This document shows, in pieces, positions 31,325 to 40,562 of a stretch of DNA of 64,000 bases. The position numbers and the translations under genes are program-made. The stretch covers positions 480,001 through 544,000 of the forward strand of contig OY969622.1 in assembly GCA_963701665.1 (NCBI GenBank). The letters run 5' to 3'. Source of the stretch: Candidatus Babeliales bacterium. GTDB taxonomy: Bacteria; Babelota; Babeliae; Babelales; JANWKD01. The notes beneath the pieces are model-generated. The model did no database searches. It had not been told where the DNA came from and worked only from the letters and a program-made list of their open reading frames with translations. Each line of letters opens with the position of its first letter. Position 1 is the first letter of the stretch.

Positions 31325-32506
31325 CTATTTTTTTGCCAAAAGCATAATCATTGAGATGACACTAAGAAGTATTGCAAAAACAAAGCCACTGAGCGGCGAA
31401 ATAAAGCTCCATAATCCGCCTACAATGCTGCTTGAAAGCAGATCTCCAATGCCGTCGATTGTTTGAAGGATACCAAAACCAGTACCGCGTACTTGTTCCG
31501 GCAAAAGAATAGCTGCGTGCGCTTTTTCTAAAGTTTTTACCGTACCTGCACTGACTCCTGCGAATACAAAAAGTATACCCCACCATATAATGGAACTTGT
31601 ATGCATCATACAACCTAAGCAGGTGACGGCAAATAGCCCTAAACCAAACAATGCTAAAAGGTTTTTGCGATTATAATAATCGCTTAATGCTCCAATACCA
31701 AACTCACTAATGCCGCGGCTAATATTGAAGATACTGTAAAAAATAAGTACCCAACTTGTTGTTATAAATGAAGATGCGTGCGCGCCTATTATTTCTTGCG
31801 CGCGATATAATAAAAGGGCTTGATTAAAATTTCCTATACCAAAAATAAACATAACAAAAAGAAAATATTTAAATTGACGAGGGAGTTGCATCACACTTTG
31901 TACAAACGAGTGCGTAGGTTTTAAACGCGTGCGTTCTTTTTGTTCGCGCGTTAGAAAGATTATAGGAACGATCGAAAGAATACCCGGAATGAAGGCGAAC
32001 AAAAAAATTGAGCGTACCGGCACAGCAAGATGTAAAAGGATAAACGCGCACAAGGGCCCACATAATGCGCCCAGCGTATCGCATGCGCGTTGGAATCCGA
32101 ACGCGTGGCCAAGATATTGTCGCGGAATTATTTTTGCAATCCAAGTATCACGCAATGGCTCTCGCAATCCGCGTCCCATCCATGCAATAGTTTTATAGAG
32201 AAGAATGATCCACACAGATGTTGTAGTGCCAATAAAGGCTACAAAAACGGTCAATCCATAACCAATAATCAAAAATGGTTTGTAATAAGATACGCGATCT
32301 GCAAGATACCCAGAAACAAGTTTCATGATTGTTGATGCTGCATCGGATATGCCTTGAATAAGTCCTAATGCCGTTGGCGCATATATGCTTGCAACAAGTT
32401 CATTGATAAATCGTGGCAATAATGCTGTTACCATTTCATGACAAAAATCATTAAAAAAGCTTGCTAGACTAAAACCAACGATATTTTTGGTAAGCCATTT
32501 TTTCAT
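31325..32506 (-). CDS. MFS transporter
   Basis: ASFFNDFCHEM, GYLADR, GRGLREPLRD, GxLSD; about 12 TMs; AAGGAG RBS before ATG 32506. Confidence 0.9.
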   Translation of the reverse strand: MKKWLTKNIVGFSLASFFNDFCHEMVTALLPRFINELVASIYAPTALGLIQGISDAASTIMKLVSGYLADRVSYYKPFLIIGYGLTVFVAFIGTTTSVWIILLYKTIAWMGRGLREPLRDTWIAKIIPRQYLGHAFGFQRACDTLGALCGPLCAFILLHLAVPVRSIFLFAFIPGILSIVPIIFLTREQKERTRLKPTHSFVQSVMQLPRQFKYFLFVMFIFGIGNFNQALLLYRAQEIIGAHASSFITTSWVLIFYSIFNISRGISEFGIGALSDYYNRKNLLALFGLGLFAVTCLGCMMHTSSIIWWGILFVFAGVSAGTVKTLEKAHAAILLPEQVRGTGFGILQTIDGIGDLLSSSIVGGLWSFISPLSGFVFAILLSVISMIMLLAKK

Positions 32507-32562
32507 GCAGAGTTCTCCTTTAAAGCATGATAAAAAAATGCAAAGAACATTAAAGGCCAAGT

Positions 32563-32667
32563 TGTCATCCCGAGGCTTTAGCCGTGGGGATCCAAAATTT
32601 AATTAATTCATTAAAGGATTTATTAAAATTTGGATTGCCACGCCAACTAAGTTGGCTCGCAATGACG
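32563..32667. repeat. Family A REP-dimer, copy 4
   Basis: TGTCATCCCGAGGCTTTAGCCGTGGGGATCCA...TGGATTGCCACGCCAACTAAGTTGGCTCGCAATGAC. Confidence 0.9.
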
Positions 32668-32700
32668 ATCTTGTTCATATCATTAGCCCTGCAATTACCG

Positions 32701-33726
32701 TTACTCCGATTTCTTTGTGAGCAGTTGATTGATTTTTTTAACAAGATCATCAAGGACGCTTAATAAGCTTTTTGCTTGCGCAAATATAATTATTGATGCT
32801 TTATCATTGGTTAATGATAGTTTCTTGAAATGAAACTCAGTAATCATATGCGGGTAGGCTGTCTGTAATCCTTCAATAATTTCTTTGCTTGCAGTAAGGA
32901 TACGTGTACGTTCCCTGACAGAAATCGATTTTATCGCTTCATGCTCAAGTTGATATTGCATTTTTTTAAGTACATCGACGATTGCAGCAGCTTTTGAAAC
33001 CTCATCATGATGCATAGTTTTTAAACATTTTGAATTAAAGACGTTAGTAATGGTAATGAAATATAAAAGCTCTTGCGTTGAAAGACGTTCTTTTTTGGCA
33101 CTATTTTTTGCTTCATAATAACTGTTAAAGAACTCTTTATAACAAGGGAAAAGATCTTTAATGGACGGTGGGTTTTTGGTATACCATTCATCCGGTGTTG
33201 GCAGGCCTATATCGATTTTTTGTAATGCAACGCCGATAATGCTTTTCATTTTTTGTTCATGCGATGTAATTTCACGTTTAAGTTGATGAATATATTGATA
33301 ATCAGAGGATGATAGGCCATTTTTAAATGCCGGCATAAGTGAACGCTTTTTTTCAAAGACTGATGCAAATTTTTTGTGTAAAGTACGCAAACTATTTTTT
33401 ATAAAATCGTTTGTTTTGTCCATGTCTGTGCAGTATTGTTTATAGGATTCAAAAGTATGTTGATGATCAGCAAGATGAGTAATATAAAGATGATCGCATG
33501 CAAACATTGCATCCCAGGCGCGTATCTTTTCCGGATTAAGATTATTTTTGATAAGATCTTCGGTATCGAACGCGCTAATTTTTGCCGTGTCAATCATACC
33601 AAAGAGGCTGAATGGCGTTGCTTGTTCAATTTTGTTTTGCGTTTCACTATCACAGTCTCCACAAAACAAAGAGAGGTGTGCAAACGCAACAAGAAAGGTT
33701 ATGACACTTTTATATGAATTATTCAT
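32701..33726 (-). CDS. Hypothetical secreted protein
   Basis: Signal-like N-terminus, helical body. Confidence 0.65.
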   Translation of the reverse strand: MNNSYKSVITFLVAFAHLSLFCGDCDSETQNKIEQATPFSLFGMIDTAKISAFDTEDLIKNNLNPEKIRAWDAMFACDHLYITHLADHQHTFESYKQYCTDMDKTNDFIKNSLRTLHKKFASVFEKKRSLMPAFKNGLSSSDYQYIHQLKREITSHEQKMKSIIGVALQKIDIGLPTPDEWYTKNPPSIKDLFPCYKEFFNSYYEAKNSAKKERLSTQELLYFITITNVFNSKCLKTMHHDEVSKAAAIVDVLKKMQYQLEHEAIKSISVRERTRILTASKEIIEGLQTAYPHMITEFHFKKLSLTNDKASIIIFAQAKSLLSVLDDLVKKINQLLTKKSE

Positions 33727-33875
33727 AAAAAAATCCTTCCCTGAAAACATTTATCTAATTTTTTTCTATTTTATAATAGCAAATTAAGTTTTATGAAAGC
33801 AATGATTGGGAATGTGCGTAGTAAATAAAAAAGGCCAGAATGAACTGGCCTAATAAAAAAATTATTAAAGTAGTA

Positions 33876-34349
33876 TTACTGAACTGAAAGCTTTTTGCCA
33901 TCAAAGGTGACAGTATATTTTTTTTGAGTAGGATTTGTTATTTTTACAGGTTGAACGTTAGGAACATTCAATTCAATAACAAGAGTGTCAGTAGCAATAG
34001 TGTTATTGCTGTAGTAGGTCGTCCACTCTAATGGTGTTATTCCTCCAACAAGTACATCGTCACCTGGATTGAATATATTTGAGGATTTAGATGGTTTTAA
34101 TGTGTACTGCAGGCCTAATTTAGGCATACAACCATGATAATCACAATCGCCTCCTTGGAGTTCGCATGGTTGATTAAGCGGAAGTTTTGTTAGCTTGCAA
34201 TTGGGTACACTGTAATAAAGTGAAACCTTAATAGGATATTTCGTATTATTGACGATGGTACTTTTTGTCCAAGATGCAGGCTCAAAATAGGCAGCATTAG
34301 CGATATTTATTGAGTACAAGGCTACTATTAAAACATATTTTAACTTCAT
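33876..34349 (-). CDS. Small secreted beta-rich protein, triplet member 3
   Basis: MKLKYVL, WTKSTIVNNTKYPIKVSLYYS, KKYTVTFDGKKLSV. Confidence 0.75.
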   Translation of the reverse strand: MKLKYVLIVALYSINIANAAYFEPASWTKSTIVNNTKYPIKVSLYYSVPNCKLTKLPLNQPCELQGGDCDYHGCMPKLGLQYTLKPSKSSNIFNPGDDVLVGGITPLEWTTYYSNNTIATDTLVIELNVPNVQPVKITNPTQKKYTVTFDGKKLSVQ

Positions 34350-34357
34350 TATTTCTC

Positions 34358-34840
34358 CTATTTTAAAGGTGATTGGGTGACGGTAAGTTTTTTACCATCA
34401 AAATTGACGGTATATTTTTTTATTCCAGGATTATCAATTTGTACCGGTGCAACTGTTGAATTACCAGATAATTCAATAATGATTGCATCAGTGCCTCTTG
34501 CCCGACCTGCTATATCTATTTTACCCTCGATGACAGCATCGGAAGGACTCAAAACTGGATTGGCCATACTCGATGCTTTTAAAGTATATTGTTGAGATGA
34601 ATTTGGGACACAAGGCGGAAATTGATTATAATCACATGTTCCCCCGCGTACTGAGCAAGGTTTTCCTGTTGTTACATCTACCAATGTGCAACCAGGTATA
34701 CTATAATATAATGATACTTTTACAGGATATTTTGTGTTATTTACGATAGTACTTCTTGTCCAAGGTGCATAATAATCTTTAGCGTTAACCTTAATACTTA
34801 TTAAGCATAAGGCTGCCGCTAAAACATATTTTAACTTCAT
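34358..34840 (-). CDS. Small secreted beta-rich protein, triplet member 2
   Basis: Close paralog of 33876-34349. Confidence 0.75.
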   Translation of the reverse strand: MKLKYVLAAALCLISIKVNAKDYYAPWTRSTIVNNTKYPVKVSLYYSIPGCTLVDVTTGKPCSVRGGTCDYNQFPPCVPNSSQQYTLKASSMANPVLSPSDAVIEGKIDIAGRARGTDAIIIELSGNSTVAPVQIDNPGIKKYTVNFDGKKLTVTQSPLK

Positions 34841-34858
34841 TATTTCTCCTTGTTTTAT

Positions 34859-35272
34859 TTATTGAACGGTCAGCTTTCCTTTTTTATCCATTGAAACTTG
34901 ATAATGCTTTTTTTGTGGGTCAGTAATTTTTACTTGTTGTGTAGATGGCGGTGCTAGCATCTCAATAATTAAATTATTTCCTGACATAGAGACGGCAGAA
35001 TTATTTCCAGGGATTGGGAATTTTGATATTGCATTATTAAATTCTTCTTGCTCTTTCGGTGTTGAGTCTGCAGTAAGAAGCAATATCGGTATAGTTTTGT
35101 TTGAATCTAAATAGTATTTTCGTCCTTCTCCATTATAAGTAACAGTTATAGCAAGTGTAAAAAAGGTATTGTTCGTGAGGCTACTTTTATAAAAAGATGT
35201 ATCTTTTGATGCACCATTAATATGTATTATTAACAGTAAAGATAAAGCTGGATATATATATTTAACCCTCAT
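34859..35272 (-). CDS. Small secreted beta-rich protein, triplet member 1 (diverged)
   Basis: SSLTNNT, IIE, VKITDPQKKHYQV..KLTVQ. Confidence 0.7.
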   Translation of the reverse strand: MRVKYIYPALSLLLIIHINGASKDTSFYKSSLTNNTFFTLAITVTYNGEGRKYYLDSNKTIPILLLTADSTPKEQEEFNNAISKFPIPGNNSAVSMSGNNLIIEMLAPPSTQQVKITDPQKKHYQVSMDKKGKLTVQ

Positions 35273-35372
35273 AGGACTCCTTAAGGTTGATTTCAGGTAA
35301 AAACACCATTAAAGCCACTCTATAAAGGTACCATTAATTAAGGCATAAAATCGACAGATTTTTAAATAAAAG

Positions 35373-35400
35373 TTGACAAATTGAAAAAAATATCTATAAT
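35373..35400 (+). promoter_or_regulatory. Sigma70-type promoter upstream of rpmE-prfA
   Basis: TTGACA-16 bp-TATAAT. Confidence 0.55.
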
Positions 35401-35507
35401 TAACCTATAAAAGCCTTGAAAAATGCTTTTTGAACTATACCCAACTCTATGCTATACTGAACGCTATATTTTTAGGGTAAAGAAACTATAAAATGAGGAT
35501 TAATACT

Positions 35508-35714
35508 ATGAAACGTTCAATTCATCCAGAAAATCATGAAATTACCGCTCGCTGCGCTTGTGGTAATTCATTTGATACCATGTCGACATTATCAGAAATC
35601 AGGGCAACAACCTGTTCTTCATGCCATCCATTTTTTACCGGTGAGCAAAAATTCTTAGATACAGCCGGTAGAATTGAGAAATTTGAAAAGCGTTATAAAA
35701 AAGGCAAAAAATAA
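35508..35714 (+). CDS. rpmE: 50S ribosomal protein L31 (zinc-binding type)
   Basis: [27 protein letters not shown]. Confidence 0.97.
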   Translation: MKRSIHPENHEITARCACGNSFDTMSTLSEIRATTCSSCHPFFTGEQKFLDTAGRIEKFEKRYKKGKK

Positions 35715-35732
35715 CAAGCGGGTGGTGGTCTT

Positions 35733-36803
35733 ATGCAGATTAACTGGCCTGAACTAAAAGAACGCTCTGAGAACATAACGCAAAAATTACTTAATCCTTC
35801 CCTTGATGTACAACAACGTCAGGAACTTCAGCGTGAACACGCGCATGTAAGTACCTTATTAAAAATGAACGAGCGTATTGAAGAATTACAGCACGCGCTT
35901 ACTGCTGCGCAACAAGAATTAGCCAAAAATCAGGAAACTGAAATGGCTGAGTTGTATCAAGAGGAAATTACTACGCTTACGCAAGAACTCGAAGAAAAGA
36001 ATCAGGAATTGGAAGATACGTTGTTTCCACCCGATCCTCTTGACGATCGTTCTGTCTATCTAGAAATTCGAGCTGGTGCAGGTGGCCAAGAAGCGGCCTT
36101 ATTTGCTGCTGACTTGGTCAAAATGTATACAAACTACGCACTTTCAAAAAAATGGCATGTAGAAGTTGCCGATTGCAGTACCACCGATCTTGGCGGTATT
36201 CGCGAAGCAATTTTGCACATTGAAGGAAAAGGTGTGTACGGCCATCTGCGCTATGAATCTGGCGTACATCGTGTGCAACGCGTGCCAAAAACTGAAACTG
36301 CAGGGCGAGTGCACACATCTACGGCCACCGTTGCTGTACTTCCAGAAGCAAAAGAAGTGGATGTTGTTATAAATCCTGCTGATTTGCGTATTGATACGTA
36401 TCGCGCAAGTGGCGCAGGAGGTCAACACGTCAACAAAACCGATTCTGCAATCCGTATTACCCATATTCCCACCGGCATTGTTGTTGCATGCCAAGAAGAT
36501 CGCTCGCAACATAAAAATAGAGCTAAAGCGCTCAAAATGTTACAAGCTCGTATTCTGGCGGTGCAACGAGAAAAACAAGAGCTTGAGCAGTCTCAAAAAC
36601 GTAAAGAAATGGTTGGCGGCGCAATGCGTGCTGAAAAGGTACGTACCTATAACTTTCCTCAAAATAGAATTTCTGATCACCAAGTTGATTTGACATTAAA
36701 AAATCTTGATGTTGTGATTGAAGGTGCTTTGGATGATATTATTGAAGCGCTCATGAAAAAGGGTCGAGAAGATCGCAAAAAGATGTTATCGCCAACAGCG
36801 TAA
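35733..36803 (+). CDS. prfA: Peptide chain release factor 1
   Basis: EIRAGAGG, VQRVPKTE (PxT), GAGGQHVN, RTYNFPQ. Confidence 0.96.
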   Translation: MQINWPELKERSENITQKLLNPSLDVQQRQELQREHAHVSTLLKMNERIEELQHALTAAQQELAKNQETEMAELYQEEITTLTQELEEKNQELEDTLFPPDPLDDRSVYLEIRAGAGGQEAALFAADLVKMYTNYALSKKWHVEVADCSTTDLGGIREAILHIEGKGVYGHLRYESGVHRVQRVPKTETAGRVHTSTATVAVLPEAKEVDVVINPADLRIDTYRASGAGGQHVNKTDSAIRITHIPTGIVVACQEDRSQHKNRAKALKMLQARILAVQREKQELEQSQKRKEMVGGAMRAEKVRTYNFPQNRISDHQVDLTLKNLDVVIEGALDDIIEALMKKGREDRKKMLSPTA

Positions 36804-36810
36804 TACCATT

Positions 36811-37491
36811 TCAACGATCTGTTTCTGATGCGTTAGCATACTTACAAAGAATTTCACCCTCTTTTGTTACCTTAAATATACCCTTATCCTGTTCAATTAA
36901 TAATGTATTATCGGGTAAAAGCTCTTGAAGGCTACCGAATAATGTTTTTCGCCGCAATGTGCTTCGTTCTAAAATGGTTATTTCCGGGTATCCTATAAGT
37001 CTATTTGGATGTTGAAGTGCTAAGAAATCTTTGGTGCCTTCGCAATGAAGAACGGGGAATAAGGTTCGTATTTGTTGGGCATGCAATCTATTACTCCACA
37101 AATTGTGCCATATATAATTGATGCCTGCTGCATCAGCAGTAAAAAAAATTTTTTCATCACTATATAATGCGGTTATTGCTACTAAATGTGGCGATCGTAA
37201 ATGAGTGCTTAATTTTTTATTTTGAATATTCTGAAGAATCACATTTCCATTATTCAAGCCAACAAGAACGTAAGGCAATGTTTCGAGTGCGTTTAAAGCG
37301 GTAATTTCATCATCGAAGGTTATCTGCTTTACCTTGTTGTTCCCATGTATAGTGAGCGTCGCCTTGTCAGCATACATAGCGTATCGTTTTGAGCTTTTTT
37401 TTGGCTGATCATCGTCTTGATGGCTCATGGCAAAAAATGATACCGGTAAACAACAAAAGAATATAAAACAGGATAGTGTAAAAATTTTCAT
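36811..37491 (-). CDS. Secreted protein with WD40-like beta strands
   Basis: Signal peptide; ITAL..VGLNNGNV, HLVAITAL..TADAAGINYIW. Confidence 0.6.
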   Translation of the reverse strand: MKIFTLSCFIFFCCLPVSFFAMSHQDDDQPKKSSKRYAMYADKATLTIHGNNKVKQITFDDEITALNALETLPYVLVGLNNGNVILQNIQNKKLSTHLRSPHLVAITALYSDEKIFFTADAAGINYIWHNLWSNRLHAQQIRTLFPVLHCEGTKDFLALQHPNRLIGYPEITILERSTLRRKTLFGSLQELLPDNTLLIEQDKGIFKVTKEGEILCKYANASETDR

Positions 37492-37591
37492 CGTATTTCA
37501 ATCAAAAATAAAAAAATTTTCCAATATGATGAAATATAATACAAAAGAGTAAAGAAATAAAGACTAGGAAAATTAACTGTTTAAACAGAGG

Positions 37592-37794
37592 TGTCATCAT
37601 GACCCTACTTCGCTCTGCGAGCTTCGAAGGGCTTCGGGGACCTGTTCTACGAAGCCTTGGCGAAGTAGAATCCAGTCTTTAAAATGAAAACCTTATCAGA
37701 CTGGATTCCTACGACAACTTCGTTGTCTCAGAATGACATCATTTTTCTAGGAATATTTTCACCTGCGTTTGAATGTTTATCGAATTTGCGTTAA
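37592..37794. repeat. Family A REP-dimer/MITE, copy 5, nested hairpins, retains right outer TIR
   Basis: TGTCATCATGA..AATCCAG..CTGGATTCC..CTCAGAATGACA; ends TATCGAATTTGCGTTAA. Confidence 0.85.
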
Positions 37795-39002
37795 CTATTT
37801 AATAAGATATGTTCTAACTGCCATAATGCCGAATATAATATGTCCAACGCAAAAATGAGCGTTTGATCATCTTGATATAGTTGTGGTTCCGGTCTGATGA
37901 TAGGTTCTGCAGGAAACGTTGGCCTAAGTGGTTGTTGGCCCTTTTTAATATAATAGTTAACATCATGAGGCGTATATTCAGTTTGCGTAGCGCCACGCAG
38001 CTCATCACGCACGTGCATTAAAATTTGGCCAAGATGGTTTGTGCCTTGGTAATCTGCTCCTGCGCCAAAGAAGCTATCATTTCCGCCAGCATCTTCAACA
38101 AGCACAGCATCACCAGTTCCCAAAAGTAGATTTTTTAATGTAGTATCTTGAGTAAATTTTGCTCGAACTGCTTTGAGCATGTATTGTAAATTTACTTTTT
38201 GCCAATCTGGGCGCACCGAGTTTTTATTTTGTCGCGCAAAATTAAAGACTTCTCGTGCTGAACCCATTTTTCTAATTTGCTCTTGCAGGGTAGGGTTATT
38301 AAATTTCATTGCCTGATAATAATGCTCAGTTGTTGGCCATTTTTTGCCATCGATTTGTACAGGGTTTTGATAGAAATTAGTAAATTCATAGTAAGGGGCG
38401 TTACTATTATAAAATTTAATCGCACCAGGGATATTCCATGAATTTTCCGTAACAACTGGCGCTACTGGGTGCTGAATGGTTGGTTGTTCTTGTTGCATTA
38501 TCTCTTGTATTTTATTGTACGATGTTTGCAGAATGCTGCGAGTTCTTGGATCGATAGTTATTATTCGATTACGCGATATTGGTATTTGTGTATTTTTTAT
38601 AAGCTCGTCAAGCGGGATCCAAACAAAATCTTTGCTATAAGCAGTGCGGGCTTCTTTATAGAGCGTTGATCCAGGAATAAATTTTGGAAGAACATAAAAA
38701 TGAATCCAGTGAGTTCCTTGTTGATCATCGAATTTAAGGTAATTGAAATTTTGTGAGGTAATGTTGATTGGACGGCCAATTTGATTGGGTAAGAAATGAA
38801 CAGCGAATTGATTTGCTTTTGAATAGCCAGAATTGGTGCCATCTCTATGAAAATCTGTCCAAGTTCCGGCAGCATCTTGCCGCAAAAGGATTTTTATAAT
38901 TCCTTGATCTTGCGCAATAATAATTACATGGGACCACCATGCTGCATTAAGATGGTAGGAAAAACAACAGAAAAATATCATTACTATTAGATTGATTTTC
39001 AT
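37791..39002 (-). CDS. Secreted NADAR (YbiA-like) domain protein
   Basis: FTNFY, WPTTEHYYQAMKF, RPDW, KFTQ, LLGTGDAVLVE, NHLGQILMHVRDEL; signal peptide. Confidence 0.88.
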   Translation of the reverse strand: MKINLIVMIFFCCFSYHLNAAWWSHVIIIAQDQGIIKILLRQDAAGTWTDFHRDGTNSGYSKANQFAVHFLPNQIGRPINITSQNFNYLKFDDQQGTHWIHFYVLPKFIPGSTLYKEARTAYSKDFVWIPLDELIKNTQIPISRNRIITIDPRTRSILQTSYNKIQEIMQQEQPTIQHPVAPVVTENSWNIPGAIKFYNSNAPYYEFTNFYQNPVQIDGKKWPTTEHYYQAMKFNNPTLQEQIRKMGSAREVFNFARQNKNSVRPDWQKVNLQYMLKAVRAKFTQDTTLKNLLLGTGDAVLVEDAGGNDSFFGAGADYQGTNHLGQILMHVRDELRGATQTEYTPHDVNYYIKKGQQPLRPTFPAEPIIRPEPQLYQDDQTLIFALDILYSALWQLEHILLNS

Positions 39003-40060
39003 GTATTTTCTTTTTTTACTAGCAGCCCAATAGCAGCATTATGAATTACCGGTAACCCTACAGCATAATATTCAAGTACTTTTGTTGGGCGTGAAATCCA
39101 ATTAAGGATATGATCTTCACGAAAAATAATACCTGCATCACAAGCAGCAAGATAACGAAAAATGTTCGTATAATCGACTGAAATGATCTTATAGTGGTGT
39201 TGAGGCAATGATTGTTGTAATAATTTTTCGAAATTATGCACATCAGGTGTTAAAATTAATAAAAAACTATCGGGATTCTTTTTTAAAGTGTTTTGAAAAA
39301 ATGCAATGATTTTTTCAGGGCACTGCCATGATTTGAGTGAGCCGTTATAACAATATACAAATTGTCGATCATCAAATCCTAACGTTGTTCGTGTCGCACC
39401 GCGCCATCTTTGTACTTGCTGTGATGAGAATGTAGATGGTATATCGTGCTGCGCGACGGCGAGATGTTCATGATCGATGCCAAATGTGTTGTGCGCATAT
39501 TCTTTGAGCGCGTCACTTACAACTTGATACTGTATTGATGTATTTTTTACATAGGCATTGAATACTAATTTTTCTAGATTTTCATATAACCGCGCCCTAC
39601 AAGCATGCACGCGTTTTTTGATCCATTGTTTTTCATGCCGATGCTCATAGCGATATTCTTCGGCCAACAACCCTCGAATTTGAATGATGAACGAGTGCAC
39701 GTATTTTTTAGGCGCGTGCAAGCAAAGATAGCCGGCGAGCGGACCGCGTGCGACAATATCGTATTGCGCGTGCGTTGCTAAAAATTTCCTAAATTGGCGC
39801 ACGGCAGGGTATAAGCTCCAGAGGCCTAAAAAGGGATATTTTTTTAATAGTACAACATCGATCTGTTCGAGTGGGATTCTTTTTTTTATTACATCCTGCG
39901 ATAGCTGGTTTTTTTCAAAGCTAACAAGCACGAGGTGTTTCGTTGGCTCTCGTTTTTTTAGCTCTAGCAGAGGCGTCAGAACTTGCGACTCAAAAACAGA
40001 GTTCTCAATGCCATCGTATAACACGAAAATATGAGTTTTAGATTTGTTTTTTTCAATCAT
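38999..40060 (-). CDS. GT-B glycosyltransferase (GT4-like)
   Basis: YNGSLKSWQ, YLAACDAG, PTKVLEYYAVGLPVI. Confidence 0.82.
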   Translation of the reverse strand: MIEKNKSKTHIFVLYDGIENSVFESQVLTPLLELKKREPTKHLVLVSFEKNQLSQDVIKKRIPLEQIDVVLLKKYPFLGLWSLYPAVRQFRKFLATHAQYDIVARGPLAGYLCLHAPKKYVHSFIIQIRGLLAEEYRYEHRHEKQWIKKRVHACRARLYENLEKLVFNAYVKNTSIQYQVVSDALKEYAHNTFGIDHEHLAVAQHDIPSTFSSQQVQRWRGATRTTLGFDDRQFVYCYNGSLKSWQCPEKIIAFFQNTLKKNPDSFLLILTPDVHNFEKLLQQSLPQHHYKIISVDYTNIFRYLAACDAGIIFREDHILNWISRPTKVLEYYAVGLPVIHNAAIGLLVKKENT

Positions 40061-40562
40061 CTTCTACAGTAATGGTTCTTGCTAATTGTAAAGTATAGGT
40101 AAGTTGGCTCTGAACTTCTTCTAATGGTAATAAATCTTCTATGTTATTATCATACAATTTTACTTTGCGTAAATTAGGAAATTGTTCTTGGAGCTTGAGC
40201 AAAGTCTCACTCGTGATGTTTTGTAGATTATTTTTCTGTAAATATAAATAATGTAACTTTTTACTTTTAATTTGTAATAGCGGCTCAATATCATCAAGAT
40301 GATTTTCGCTCAAATCTAATTTCTTACATTTTCTAATTGGAAGTTTTTTTATTCCTTTAATATCTCCCAAGGAACTATGGGCGAGAGTAATAGTATTTTT
40401 GTCAACAACTTTTGTGGTCGCTTTAAGAACTTGCTTTAGAGGAACTCCCTGAGATGGATATTGATCTTTGCCACAAAATAGATGGTTAGGCACTATAAAA
40501 ATTAAGCAGAGCACGTTAACGCGATATAAGCCTAATCTTCTTCTTCTTCCGATGATTCCCAT
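40053..40562 (-). CDS. Leucine-rich repeat protein
   Basis: LDLSENHL, LYLQKNNL, VKLYDNNI; start uncertain. Confidence 0.75.
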   Translation of the reverse strand: MGIIGRRRRLGLYRVNVLCLIFIVPNHLFCGKDQYPSQGVPLKQVLKATTKVVDKNTITLAHSSLGDIKGIKKLPIRKCKKLDLSENHLDDIEPLLQIKSKKLHYLYLQKNNLQNITSETLLKLQEQFPNLRKVKLYDNNIEDLLPLEEVQSQLTYTLQLARTITVEDD

